DNA of 64,000 nucleotides, from NCBI RefSeq assembly GCF_009914755.1, contig NC_060928.1, one strand, 5' to 3'. Below the pieces are notes generated by a model. The model searched no databases. It had not been told where the DNA came from and saw only the letters and a program-made list of their open reading frames with translations. This DNA is from the human T2T-CHM13v2.0 reference genome, Homo sapiens. A program made the position numbers and the translations under genes. Below, piece after piece: positions 41,974-60,300 of the stretch. Every line of letters starts with the position of its first letter. The stretch's first letter is position 1.

Positions 41974-43129
41974 TTATTTTTCACATGGTAGTTCATTAAA
42001 ATTTTTTAAGTATTAAGCTTTATTTATCAACTGATTAATATTTTTTCCTAATGAAACAAAATTTTACTTTTTTTAAAAAGTCTCTTTGTACTATTCAAAT
42101 ACTGAATATACAAACATTAGCTAGTGAAGGAATGAATACTGAGCTGATAGCCAGGCTTACTTGCTAGCTGGGTGACTATCTCACGGAAGTCTAGCAGGAT
42201 TTGAGATTTCAATGAGAAATATTCTGCAAAACTTTAGAGTTGCTGACAAAAGGTAAAAAAAAATGTGCTTATTAATAAAATAAGGCCAAGTAATGAAAAA
42301 TGTATTTATTAAATGAAGGCCAGGGAACACTGTGTGAGGCTGCGTGGGTGTGAGTACTTGCTACTGGACTGTCATTTCTCAGTTATACAGAGTGAACCAG
42401 AGGTAGATAGGGAATAGTTATTGTCAGCAGGATCTATAGAAATAGCAACAGTGGTGAGGAGTAGAAGGATGTTGGATCAAATAAGATAGTGCAGATAACA
42501 CCATAGAATGCTAGAGCCAAAAGGATTTAACACATACTTTTCTTGATAAGAAATAGGAGACAAATAAAAGTTCAATGATTTGCTGGAGGTCACACTGATA
42601 TTTAGTGGAAGAACAAAGACCTAGGGCCCTTCAAGAGTAGAAAATGTTATACAAATGTCAACCGCTAAGCATTGGGGGTATTTATTGATCTTTATAATTT
42701 AGAGGTAATGGGCTCTGAGCATCAGACCATCTGATAACTTTAGTTCATCAGATTCTCAAAGTGTTCATCACTAGAAGAAGCTAAATAACTGCGTTACTCT
42801 GAAAATAAAAAATGAATATTGAGTCTGTTATACATTCTTTGATTTTAGGATGTAAAATTCCTTTTCTACTTCTCACAGGCAGCACTGAGATCTATGTTGC
42901 AAAGTAAATTGGGATAGTATTAAAACCATTTGCCTCAAGGGTTTTTTTAATAAGTTTCTTGTGATAATGTATGTGAATGCCCCAAGTATATGTGACCCAT
43001 GGGCTGGTCTGTAGGTGGGACCCACTACATCGGTGAATCATGCTAAGCTCTTAATGACTCATTGTAGGTCTCTAAAATAATGGTATTTACAAATTCAAGA
43101 CACATCTTTCATGAATAGCAAACGCTTAC

Positions 43130-43280
43130 CATACAATAGCAAAATGAAGATAACACCAACTGAACTCTCTATTTTCTGTTTCTGTTTAACACCAACTCAA
43201 TTGTTCATTTCCCCACGTGGTTGAGAGAGGAACATTAAATAAGTAGCAATGTTGGGCTGGCTGGTGGTTCTAAGGATCAC
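43130..43280 (-). other. Candidate non-coding exon (151 nt)
   Basis: Minus-strand acceptor cattccattttctag|G and donor ATG|gtaagc; stops in all frames. Confidence 0.3.
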
Positions 43281-43719
43281 CTAGAAAATGGAATGCCAGA
43301 GATTGTTTAGAAACAGATCTGAGATACTAGATAAGATGAAAATAACAATATAAGCACAGTAGTCTTCGTAACCAAGTCTTATGTGATTCAGAAATCAATA
43401 ATCTAAATTACAGAGATCAGTACCTATTACAGGAAACAGTCGATATCCTCTGGGGCAGGGTTTTACCTCTGGTGTAGCCTCATATAAGTGAAAAAGAAAG
43501 GCTAAACGTCTTTGACCCCCAATTCCCATTCCCTTCACAGAAAACTAGCTAAATATCTAAATTGCTACCATTAAATCACATTAAATATTGCTCTTCTGCA
43601 CTTTGTGGTCTGGTGTTGTAAAAAGCAGTGGGTTGTGCATATAAGAATGAGGGAAATGGAGGCTATCATTGGGACACAACGTATATCATAACAGTACGTG
43701 AAGTGGGTGGAGCGCTAAC

Positions 43720-43857
43720 CTCAGTGTTTCTGCAAGGGAGTCTGGACTGCCCAGAGTGCATCCGTGTCATCCTGCATTTGGACATCATCACCAATTTCTT
43801 TCCAAGGACGCTTGTGCCCAAACAAAACTTGCACACATCAGATACATGCTGCCAATC
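43720..43857 (-). other. Candidate exon (138 nt)
   Basis: Minus-strand acceptor ttttaaatgttcacttttcag|G and donor GAG|gttagc; phase-0 frame open (DWQHVSD...CRNTE). Confidence 0.3.
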
Positions 43858-44027
43858 CTGAAAAGTGAACATTTAAAACCTTAAAACTGAATTTGAATGT
43901 ACCTGATCAATGTAATCACGTTTATTCTGTTCTCAGCTCTGTGATGTGTTCTGTCTACCAAAAGGAAGCTCTATTGCAGCCATTCAATGGTAATCCTGCT
44001 TGTACTCACAGAGTACTACTATTCTAA

Positions 44028-44420
<393 letters not shown>

Positions 44421-44896
44421 TGTACTGCAGATTTTCTAAAATAGTATAGCCTATGTTAAAACTTGTCCTAATAGACATTATAAGATTACTTAGACATTGT
44501 TTTACTTTAAAGACTGTGTATGGCTTTCTCACAACCCCAGGGCCATTACTAGTAAGATAAGATTTTCATGGAAGACATTAAAAATCATGTTACACTTTAA
44601 TAGTGATATTGTTTCAATCTTTCATCACATTAGGTCATTTCCATTTAGAAAATTTGATATTCATATGGAACCTTTTTGTATCAAAAATTATCCACATGTG
44701 CTTCAATTTTAGAACTTAACTACTTTCATGCAAGTAGTTTCTCTTAAGTCAGCTAAGGTAATCATGCATCTTCCTTGATTCTTTAAGACTCCCCTGCCCT
44801 GAAATATCTCCCCTAAAAGTCTGACACAATTATAGAACAAAGGATACTATGTCTTATTAAGAAGTTTAATCTCATCGTTATTAATAAGTAAATATG

Positions 44897-45252
44897 TGAT
44901 ATGGTTTGGCTCTGTGTCCCCTCCCAAATCTCATCTTGTAGCTCCCATAATTCCACGTGTTGTGGGCAGGACCCGGTGGGAGATGATTGAATCATGGGGT
45001 GGGTCTTTCCTATGCTGTTCTTGTGATAGTGAATGGGTTTCTGATGGTTTTAAAATGGGGAGTTCCCCTGCACAAGCTCTTTCTTTGCCTGTTGCCATCC
45101 ATGTAAGATGTGACTTGCTCCTCCTTGCCTTCCACTGTGATTGTGAGGCCTCCCCAGCCATGTGGAACTGTAAGGCCAATAAGCTTCTTTCTTTTGAAAA
45201 TTGCCCAGTCTCGGTTATGTCTTTATCAGCAATGTGAAAACAGACTAATACA
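44897..45252 (+). mobile_element. THE1 (THE1B-like) solo LTR
   Basis: tgatatggtttggc...cagactaataca; 5-bp TSD atatg/atacg. Confidence 0.9.
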
Positions 45253-45533
45253 ATACGCATTTTTCTTGAGTATAGAATTAACCTGTTATATTTTTCCTAA
45301 CATAGAGGAGGTAGTCTGGAGAGATTTGAAAGAAACACAGAGGTACAATTAATTTATTAGCCAAGTTCTTCAGGATCTCCTAAGAGAGAAACAGAGAGAG
45401 AGGTAGTGCAGTAAAGCTTCCATCTGATGCATAGCTAGTGTGAGGACACGTGCCTAGAGGCAGAACCAGGGAACTGGGAAATAGGAACATCTGTATTAAT
45501 TTTGCTGATGATCTACCCTGAACACATGCTTTA

Positions 45534-48139
45534 TGTTATGGGTTGGCTGTGTCCCCACCCAAATCTCTTCTTGAATGAATTCCCACGCATTGTGGGAGGG
45601 ACCTGGTGGGAGGTGATTGGATCATGGGGGCAGGTCTTACCTGTGCTGTTCTCATGATAGTGAATGAGTCTCTCGAGATCTGATGGTTTTAAAAGGGGGA
45701 GTTTCCCCGCACAAGCTCTCTCTTTGCCTGCCACCATCCATGTAAGATGTGACTTGCTCTTCCTTGCCTTCTGCCATGATTGTGAGGCCTCCCCAGCCGT
45801 GTGGAACTGTGAGTCCATTAAACCTCTTTTTCTTCCCAGTCTCGGGTATGTCTTTATCAGCAGTGTGAAAATGGACTAATACAGTAAATTGGTACCAGTA
45901 GAGTAGGGTGCTGCTGAAATACCCAAAAATGTGGAAGCCACTTTGGAACTGGGTAACAGGCAGAGGTTGGAAAAATTTGGAGGGCTCAGAAGAAGACAGG
46001 AAAGTGTGGGAAAGTTTGGAACTCCCTAGAGATTTGTTGAATGGCTTTGCCCCAAATGCTGATAGCGATATAGACAATGAAGTCCAGGTTGAAGTGGTCC
46101 CAGATTAAATGAGGAACTTGTAGGAACTGGAGCAAAGGTGACTCTTGTTATGTTTTAGCAAAGACACTGGTGACATTTTGCCCCTTCCCTAGAGATTTGT
46201 TGAACTTTGAACTTGAGAGAGATGATTTAGGGTATCTGGCAGAAGAAATTTCTAAGCAGCAAAACATTCAAGAGGTGACTTAAGTACTGTCGAGGCATTC
46301 AGTTTTAAAAGGGAAGCAGAGCATAAAAGTTCAGAAAATTTGTAGCCTGACAAAACAATAGAAAAGAAAACCCTGGTTGGGCATGGTGGCTCACGCCTGT
46401 AATCCAGCACTTTGGAAGGCCGAGGTGGATGGATCACGAGGTCAGGCATTCGAGACCAGCCCTGGCCAACATAATGAAACCCCGTTTCTACTAAAAATGC
46501 AAAAAATTAGCCAGGCGTGGTGGCAGGTGCCTGTAATCCCAGCTACTCAGGAGGCTGAGGCAGGAGAATTGCTTGAACACAGGAGGCAGAGGTTACAGTG
46601 AGCCGAGATAGCGCCACTGCACTCCAGCCCGGGCAATGGTGTGAGACTAGGTCTCAAAAAAAAAAAAAAAAAAATTCCCATTTTCTGAGGAGAAATTCAA
46701 GCTGGCTGCAGAAATTTCATAAGTAACGAGGAGCCAAATGTTAATCCCCAAGACAATGGGGAATATATCTCCAGGGCATATCAGAGGTCTTCATGGCAGA
46801 CCCTCTCATCACTGGCCAGGAGGCCTAGGAGGAAAAAGTGGTTTTGTGGACCAGACCCAGGATCCCTGTGTTGTGTGCAGTCTAGGGACTTGGTGCCCTG
46901 CTTCCCAGATGCTCCAGCTGTGACTGAAAGGGGCCAAGGTACAGCTTGGGCTATTGCTTCAGATGGTGAAAGCCCCAAGCCCTGGCAGCTTCCATGCGGT
47001 GTTGAGCCTTCGGGTTCACAGAAGTCAAGCATTGAGGTTTGGGAACTTCTACCTAGATTTCAAAGCATGTATGGAAATACCTGGTTGTCCAGGCAGAAGT
47101 TGGCTGCAGAGGTGGGGCTCTCATGAAGAACCTCTGCTAGGGCAATGTGAAAGGGCAATGTGGGGTCGGAGCCCCCACACAGAGTCCCTACTGGGGCACT
47201 GCCTAGTGGAGCTGTGAAAAGAGGGCCACCGTCCTCCAGACCTCAGAATGGTAGATCCACTGACAGCTTGCACTGTGCACCTGGAAAAACCACAGACATT
47301 CAACACCAGCCCATGAAAGGAGCCAGGAGGGAGGCTGTATCCTGAAGAGCCACAGAGCCAGGAGGGAGGCTGTATCCTGAAGAGCCACAGGGTGAAGCTG
47401 CCCAAGGCCATGGGAACCTACCTCTTACGTTACCGTGACCTGGATGTGAGCCATAGAGTCAAAGGAGGTCATTTTGGAGCTTAAAGATCTGAGTGCCCTG
47501 CTGGATTTTGGACTTGCATGGGGCCTGTAGCCCCTTTATTTTGGCTAATTTCTCCCATTTGGAAAGGCTGTATTTACCCAATGCCTGAACCCCTTTGTAT
47601 CTAGGAAGTAACTAACTTGCTTTTGATTTTACAGGCTCATAGGTGGAAGGGACTTGCCTTGTCTTGAATGAGACTTTGGACTGTGGACTTTTGAATTAAT
47701 GCTGAAATGAGTTACAACTTTGGGGGACTGCTGGGAAGGCATGATTGGTTTTGAAATGTGAGGACATGAGATTTGGGAGGGGCCAGAGGCAGAATGATAT
47801 GGTTTGGCTGTGTCTCCACCTAAATCTCATTTTGAATTCCCCCATGTTGTGGCAGGGACCTGGTGGGAGGTGACTGGATCATGGAGGCAGGTCTTACCTG
47901 TGCTGTTCTCATGATAGTGAATGAGTCTCTCGAGATCTGATGGTTTTAAAAGGGGGAGTTTCCCTGCACAAGCTCTCTCTTTGCCTGCCACCATCCATGT
48001 AAGATGTGACCTGCTCCTCCTTGCCTTCACCATGATTGTGAGGCCTCCCCAGCCATGTGGAACTGTGAGTCCATTAAACCTCTTTTTCTTCCCAGTTTTG
48101 GGTATGTCTTTATCAGCAGTGTGAAAACAGAGTAATACA
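45534..48139 (+). mobile_element. Full-length THE1 MaLR element (5'LTR 45534-45883, internal region, 3'LTR 47795-48139)
   Basis: Two near-identical LTRs; THE1-int sequence (gtaaattggtaccagtagagt...gagatttgggaggggccag); perfect TSD cttta. Confidence 0.95.
46375..46674 (+). mobile_element. AluS inserted in THE1-int
   Basis: Full Alu between gaaaagaaaaccct and aaattcccattttctgagg. Confidence 0.95.
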
Positions 48140-48685
48140 CTTTATTACATTTTCCTTCTACAAAATTTACATTTTTTATAACAATAGTTTTCATTTGTAT
48201 TTCTTTTTGGATGACAAAGACATTTTACAGACATTTTATCATTGAACTCTACAATATTAAGCGTTAGAGCAAGTTTTAGCTATTTAACAATAAGGAAATG
48301 GAGCTTCAGCGACCTGTGGTAGTTAACATACATAATAAGCTGAATAACTGGGTCATGTATTCTATGCTATGTTTTCCTGAGTTATGTAGGTATCCTGTAT
48401 AAGAAAAAAAATCTGTTTCATGATTCTATGAAAGTATTTTGATAACTTTTGATATATAAGACTTATTAGTATGGGTATGCATCAAATTTTCTTTCAGTAT
48501 ACAACAAAATAAATTTAGTAAAGTAAGTATAATGTAATTCAAATTCCTATAAACAACATTTAGTAAATATCTAAAAGGAAGTATCAGAAATACTACTAAA
48601 GTTAATACACACACCTGCCTACACTCACACACGGCACACATTTTCAAAGATATAAAAGCACATAATTGAAAAGTATGTTTTCTGG

Positions 48686-49123
<438 letters not shown>

Positions 49124-49199
49124 TTATCTATTCACACAAAGATAAGCACATGTGCATGCACACACACTTTTTTCTTCTCTCTCTTTATTCCACAGCAGC

Positions 49200-50060
49200 A
49201 CAGAAAGAGTTACCATCGTCTTTTTAATGGCCATAAAAATATATCATAATTGATTTGACCGGTTGAACATTTAAAGTATTTGCAAGTGAATCTTGCTGTG
49301 CAGACATCATTTAGAGTGTGTGTAGTATGTCCATAGGATAAATTCCTAGAAGCAAAATTATTAGGCAAAAGAAATCATGCATTTTTAATTTTAAGAAATA
49401 TTCCTAAATTGCTTCAGTGGATAGTATATAAATCTATATTTCCACTAGTAATGCATGACTGCATGTTTTCCTCACAGTGCCACCCACACACTGTGTCATC
49501 AACATTTGTGAACTGTATTAACCTGAGAGATAAAATATGTTATGTAATTAAGTTTTAATTTGTAACTTTTCCTTTATAAGTGAGATTGAGGTTTCCCCCA
49601 CTTTCATATGGTCTTCCCGTTTGTTCACCAGACTATTAGTCTTTTCCCAGATGATTCATGAAAACTGGACATGTTAAGAATATGAACCCCTTAGCTATTA
49701 AAATGGTTGTAATTTTTTCCAAGTTTTTTTTTGTATTGTTTATGGAATTATTTTATATATAGATTTTAATTTTTATGCAATTAAACATGTTTATTTTATA
49801 TATTGGAGCATTTTGTCATATTACAAAATCCTTCTCCAATTCCAAACTTTAAAATTCTTTTTTCCCAATTTATTTTAGCCTTATATCCTGTATTTAACAT
49901 CTGTAATTTATTTTAGGGTAAAGTGTGAGGTATGTATCTCACTTTATTTCTTTTCCAGATGGTAATTTATTTATTACAATCTATCTTATAAAATAAATCA
50001 CCTCCTCTACTGATTTGAAATGCCACTTTTATTGTATAATAAATTTCTGCACATTAGCAA
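49200..50060 (-). mobile_element. Degraded L1ME-like fragment
   Basis: ccataggataaattcctagaag, agatggtaat, tgatttgaaatgccactttta. Confidence 0.6.
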
Positions 50061-50612
50061 TATTTTACTGTTTATCAAAACTACATCATAATTCCTATTT
50101 GTATATTGCTCTATTGTTCTTTCTAGTTATTGTCAGTCTAATATTTTGAACTGTTCTCTAAACATACCCATTACAGAAATATAGTCCTGTTTATTTACAT
50201 ATGCATGTTTGCACTTATTTATGATGTATGTACTACATAAGAGTTGGGGATCAATATATACCAAAATAAATTACATTGTTCCTGTCCACATCACAAAGTT
50301 TAAGATAAATTAAAAAGTTAAAGTATATATGAAACTATATATGCCTTTTGAGTAAAAACAAGGAAATTCTTTTTCAAAAAGCAAATAAACAAGTTTATTA
50401 TTTTAGATTCATTTATTGTAGTTAATACCTTATTTCACTCCAAGTTTTCTAATAACGAATGTAAAGACGAAACATGTTGACATCTACTGTGATAAAGAAA
50501 GTTCATTTCCTAGCAGTTAATTCTAAGTAGGATGCTGGGCCTATGCAAGTGGTGATGAATAGCATAAATAAGTTAGCTTTTCCAAAAAATTAAATGTTTA
50601 GAAGTATCTTCA

Positions 50613-50992
<380 letters not shown>

Positions 50993-52181
50993 TCAGTAAA
51001 ATGTCTTCAGGCAACAACGTAGCATCATGTTGGTATGTCACTTACTGGAAAGAAGATTAGATATCTTTTAGACTCTTCCCAAAATTAAAAAAAATGCACC
51101 TGTCAAATATGAAATACTGGTAAAGTTCAAAGAATCCGTAATGTTTGTGGATGATTAAAAATGTGAAAACTGTGACAGATTCTTTCTCAGTCAGAGTAAT
51201 TTGATTTCTGCAGAGCGGGCTATAGACCGGTCTTCGGGTACTTTCTCAAAGATTAACTGAATTTTCTTAAACAAATATTTAATTTGATTACCAGAATATG
51301 AAAGAAAAAAATTTTGTCTAACAACTCTTTCTGAAGTTTGCCAATAGCTTTCTTTTACTGGCCAATACGACTTTTCTGAAGCATTTCATTATCAGTTGAT
51401 CTTTGTCTTCTTAAGTCAGTTAATGATATGACACGAACAAAATATATTATCATGCAGGTAAATAAAAACTGTCCTGTTGGAAAACTTAGTGTTTCCTATT
51501 TAAATTTCAGAAAAATTCAGCTTTTTTTGTGGTTGATATTCAATGCACAGGCATTAGAAAAAGGGTCTATTGTGTCTGAGGTTTTTTCTGGTTTTAAGTG
51601 ATAAAGCCATCTTTGGCATGAAGGATACTTGGTTCTCATTTTCAGTAGAAAGTGGCATGCATCCCAGTTACCCAATAGTTATCCTAAAGCACTGAACTAA
51701 ACTTAAGACATAAAAAATGTAAGTACATTCTTTTGAACGTGATTGAGAATTGGAATTTTATTTGTCAAAATATTTTACATATGCTTATTCTGGCTGCCAT
51801 ATTATGATGCTTACTGTGTAAAAGCTTTTGTGGTATTGTATCTTACTGAGATAGTATAGTTTTTTGATAGATGATTTCTATTCGTGGACTCAAAGCCTCA
51901 TAATTATATTATATATGTTAGGAAGGATTTTCCTTATTTTCCTGGTGACATGAAAAATCTATGTAAGTGATTTGTAAGGAGATATCTGCACAGAGATCTG
52001 TATGTTCCTTTATAAATTATTAATATAGAGATTTAATTTAAACATTATTATGACAGTTAGCCAATAGTGATATTTTGAGGGAATATTCTATAGACTCATG
52101 AGTTTGTTATTCTGTGACAATAGGTTTTCACCTTTTAAAATAAAAAACTATACTCACATTCCCCTCTGAGAGAACTCTATA

Positions 52182-52802
<621 letters not shown>

Positions 52803-53505
52803 CTATGAAATAAATGTAAATCTTTAGGATAAGTTGAAGCATGTAAATAAGTCTTGACATAGAGTAAAAGAGAGGAGTGAGATTTGTATGTGAATATAAG
52901 ATTCAGATTTTTAAAATTTTAATTTAGTCATCTAAATGGTCTCCTGTACTGATTATACTCAGCTACTTAAAATGAGTAATTCTACCCGCAAAGGTAGCTA
53001 GTCTCTATAATTGACTTAAATGATGTACTTTTAATCAATATTTCAATTTCATTTGATGCCCTTGAAATGATGTGGAAAATAAAAGGAAAACTAGAACATT
53101 AAGTCCACATGGAGCAATATAGGAAAAACCAAATAAAAGATTTCGAATGCCCTTTTATGTAATTAATTGCTTTCAAAGAAGCAAATTCCAAATGTCAGAG
53201 ATATATAAATGGATATTCAAGATAATGTTTATTTTTGTTCCTATTTTTATGTATTACAAATAGAGGTAATATTTAAAACAACAAAAGGGGTAAAATTTAA
53301 AAATTTAGAAAAATATAGACTACTGAAGAGTAACTGCCAATGGCATGTCTTATTAATGAGAATTCTTCCCTAGGGCTTTTAATTTGAGGTGGAGAGAGCA
53401 GAAGCAGCGGGCACGGGGCAGCTTCTCTCTAAGGTCACATGCTGTGGTGCAACACTGATTTAAAGTTGTCTGCCTCAGATCCACATCAAGATGGTTAGCT
53501 ACTAG

Positions 53506-53842
<337 letters not shown>

Positions 53843-54063
53843 TACTAGGTAGGATTTTCTTAGCCATGATATGAAGCATCTTTCCCCTGCTTCCTGGTCA
53901 CATGCTTCTGTAAGCACAAGGCCTCTGACCTTTCTCCAAAGGTGCAGCTAGTAGCCCCCGCTTGCTGCCAAGCGAGTCCACAGGCTCTATTTGACGTCCA
54001 GTTAGATCTGATCTTTGAGATAAAATAAGTAAGCTATTGGAAATCAGTAAAAATATCAACTAG

Positions 54064-54396
<333 letters not shown>

Positions 54397-54629
54397 CTAA
54401 AACTTTAATTATACTTTGAATATGAATATTTGGGCATAGTTTTTTAAAAACTGCAAATCTGTCCAAGTAAAAGATTGTTTTTCTGGGTGATTTAGGGATA
54501 ATTACCTTTTTTAAAATCATGGTCTGTTTTATGTGTTTCCAAGAGCATGCACTTTGGTAATTAAATGTGGTAGTAGGGATGTTTGAATGGAAACCAGAAA
54601 GATATTTTCATAATTAATAATTAGTTTAT

Positions 54630-56800
<2,171 letters not shown>

Positions 56801-58704
56801 AATCTGGGGAATTTGAGTTGGCAAAGCCTCTGAAGTTTTAGCTATTGTGCTCTAGTCTGTTTCACTACACCCCACAAATAAAAATTTAATTTGCAATACT
56901 GGAAAAAGTCTTTTATGTAAAGGATAGATATGTTAGATTTTTTAAATATGCTAAATTAAGTTCTCCTCTTATTCCAGTTCACCTTGCTATTGTAAATCTA
57001 TGTTTAAATAAAAGTCATCTTCAAACAATATTAACCTAGTTGCCTGAAGTCCACCCCTTAATAATCTGAGCTAATTAATCATTCTTCTTGGTCACTTCCT
57101 GAAATCTCTATTTCAAGACATGTACATTCTAGATGAAATGTATTAAAAAGACACACGGAAGTGAAATGCTTTGAAAGCAGGTACATTTTGCTTCCCCAGC
57201 CTGTAAGATGTCAGAGATTATGTGTTATTTCTATGTATACTTTGTCCTGATGAAAATAAAATTTTATTTGTACCTAGTATTTTATAATTTGAATAAAGGA
57301 TTATAATCAATATTCTTCTCTTCTTTGCTTCTCTTAGCTGATGGCCCTTTTTTTCAGCAGTTAATTAAAGTTTGAATAGCTGTCACTTGTGACTAACTTC
57401 TGTGGCGTTTCCTTTGCCTGCACCTCAGACATCATCTCATTCCATTCATTTCTTCTCAAATTGCGTACACAAGTGCTCTACAAAATCATCTACAGTCAAA
57501 TCCCAGAGAAGTAGTAATAAGAGCCATTGTAGACAGGAGGAAGTGTGTTAGGAAACAAGAAGGTAGATCTGGAGCCAGTATAGACTGCAGCCAGGACCGC
57601 ATGTTCCTTAGGGCAATGGAAAGAAGAGGAGATAAATGCTGTAAGAAGATGATATAGAAAATTTAAAAACTGTTATACACTGTTCAAATCTCATCAAAGG
57701 CATCAAAGAGGATCCCATTAAAAACACTCTTGAGAGCAGCTGAGCGCTGACGCTTTGCTGCTTAGAATGCAGGGCCAAGGGAGATATGAGGTCGGGAGGG
57801 TTTAGGTGTGCACCTGAGCATTCAGAGTAAAGAGAAATGAGCACTGGGAAAAGCTAAAAGGAGGCAGCCTGAGGGGGCCAGCAGGAGGCCGGCCGGCCGG
57901 CCGGGATGGCAGGCCACCTTCAGCAGGTCAGCCTTCACCCTGGCAGGCAGATCTAACGCAGATTTGGGAAAAAGAGACACTCTCAGTCCCTCCAGATTCT
58001 GGGATGGTTTGGTCTCTGGCTCTGAGGTTCCCAGGTGAAACTGATGCTGCTGCACCTTGCCGTGATGCAGTGTTACTCATGGCCAAGAGCAGAACTTCAG
58101 ATGGGAGAGGGCTGACTCTGGCTTCTGCTATTCACAGCCATAGTGTATGGGAAAGTCAAAGAGGCTTCATCATTCAGTAACAAAAACAAATTTCAGTCAC
58201 GTGAGGAAAACTAAACTGAGCTTTATGAACTTTCCTTTCCCCTGTCTTACTTTGATGTCATTTTGTCTTGTAATGCAAATATAGATATGTTTAATCCATA
58301 TTTACCTTTCTAATTAATAAACAGCTAGTTTTATATAGATAAAAGCTTTCAAATTTTATTCAAAGGAGGTTTTCTCAGAGTGCTGATTTTCATTGTTCAT
58401 CAGGCAGGTACATCATTTAGTGGAAACCAAGTAAAATTGTATCCATGAGTCCAAGCACAGTCCTCCAGTATTTTGTAGGATTCATCTAAAGACTTAAGTT
58501 TAACATTCATGTAATTCCCTCTAGGATGTACAGTTCCTCAGTCTCACAGAATTAGCCCAGTACCTGCTCTTCTGGGTGCTAGGATGCCATAGACACCCTG
58601 TAGTTCCTTTATCCAAATCCCATTACACTTCAGGTTTGGGATTCTAATTCATTAAGGAACTGAGGCCTTTTCATGTAGTATTTGTATAAATGCTGAGCTC
58701 TCAA

Positions 58705-58856
58705 TATGGAAGAAGAAACAGGAAAGGAAGAAAGAGGGGTGGGGAGGAAAAGGAATAGGAGGAGGAGAAGAAGGAATAGGAGGAGGATGAGAATTAGGAG
58801 GAATAGGAACGGGGGGCGGGGCGAGGAATAGGAGGAGGATTAGGAAGAGGAGGAAA
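58705..58856. repeat. Purine-rich (GGA/GAA) low-complexity tract
   Basis: ggaataggaggaggag-like units with very few pyrimidines. Confidence 0.85.
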
Positions 58857-60169
58857 TTTGCATATGGCTTTAAGTCCCTTAAGCTTCTGGTTAAGTGGCT
58901 CATCTACACAAACCCCATCTCATGATCCCGTGACATAGGAGCTATTTCCTCTCATCACTACTGATTGTCCTCCATGTTCCCTTTGACTTATCTTTCATGG
59001 CCACATGACCCCATCCCCACCCTCTAAATCCAATCCAGTGGACCTCCACACTCTGCTGCCCAGCCCTCTTGGTGATTTCTGAGCTCTTTTGCTGTAAACA
59101 CAAGTGGACAGTCATCTGAGGCAGCGTTCTTTACTATCTGCACTCTCCAGAGCACAGTTGAGCCTGAGTTCCACCCCAGCACATCTCAACCTCAGTTGAT
59201 TTCAGAACCTTTCAATCATTTCTGTGACATTTCTGAATTTCCTGACTTCACCAATGCCAGGAGGATAACCCTCCGAATCAAATCGAAGATCATTTCATTG
59301 TAAAGTTCCTCCTATATTGACATTTCTGGGGAACTATGACAAACTCAAGGCCTCGGAGGGCCCTAGACTCCATTTCATTAAATACAATTTTTGAATGGGT
59401 ATCAGGGACCTTGACCTCAGGAAATAACTTGGGCACCATTTATGTCAACATAGGGGTCATCAACGTTGCTATGATGTTTCCTTTGGGTTCATTTAACCCT
59501 ATTTAACCACATATTTCAACAACAGAAAGATTTAAACTCAGAGCAAGGTGGTCAACAGCACACATCTATTATGTACCATTTACAGACTCCTGAAGACCTG
59601 TTGTTCTCTCTCTACCATTTGGTCTCTTGCCATATTTCTTCAGGTTTATTAGTGATTTATCTCTTTTTGTTAGGTATTTTCCTGGTCCAACATTATTTTA
59701 TAATTCAAATATTAGGGCACAGAAACAAAAATAGAATGTGGGTTTGAATACACATGAAATACATACATCTATGTCATACATATACACATACACTAAAATA
59801 GTTTGCAATGGGTATAGAAATTAGAAGGGGGATAATATAAAGTAAACTTAAACAGCTTCAGAATTTTGCCAGAAACCAGCCCTGAACTTAACGATAACCC
59901 CATCTCAGTAGAAAGAAGAGAGGCTGAGTAAAGGCATGTTTACTCGGAAATGAGTTCCCCAGCGTGAAACTCAAGAGTGAGGAGAGAGAACTTTTAGAAT
60001 TTGCCACACACCTGCTTTCTGGTGCATATTAACCACACGGTGCACTTTCCACTGGCTGCTTGAACAGGCACGTCATGTGTGAATGAAGTGGGTCAAGGTC
60101 AGAAAAATAGCGATTGTTGGTGTATGTGATAAATTGATGTGTACTTGCCCTGGGTCAGTCACTACTCAC

Positions 60170-60300
60170 CTGCAGAAGATTCCTGCCTTATAGGAAGTAA
60201 AATCTGTATTGCTGAATCTCACACATTTCCAGAAAAAGCCAGGAAGTGTGGCTACTACAGCAAATTTCCTAATTTTTAAATATGAAATGATTCAAACATA
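60170..60300 (-). other. Candidate non-coding exon (131 nt)
   Basis: Minus-strand acceptor tagtttttttctacag|T and perfect donor CAG|gtgagt; stops in all frames. Confidence 0.4.

Noticed and set aside
45531-48124. ORFs within THE1
   Set aside because: Short, overlapping on both strands, and typical of MaLR LTR/internal translations.
51214-51457. Plus-strand exon ending CAG|gtaaat
   Set aside because: Acceptor is ambiguous and weak, and the sequence is AT-rich; insufficient support.
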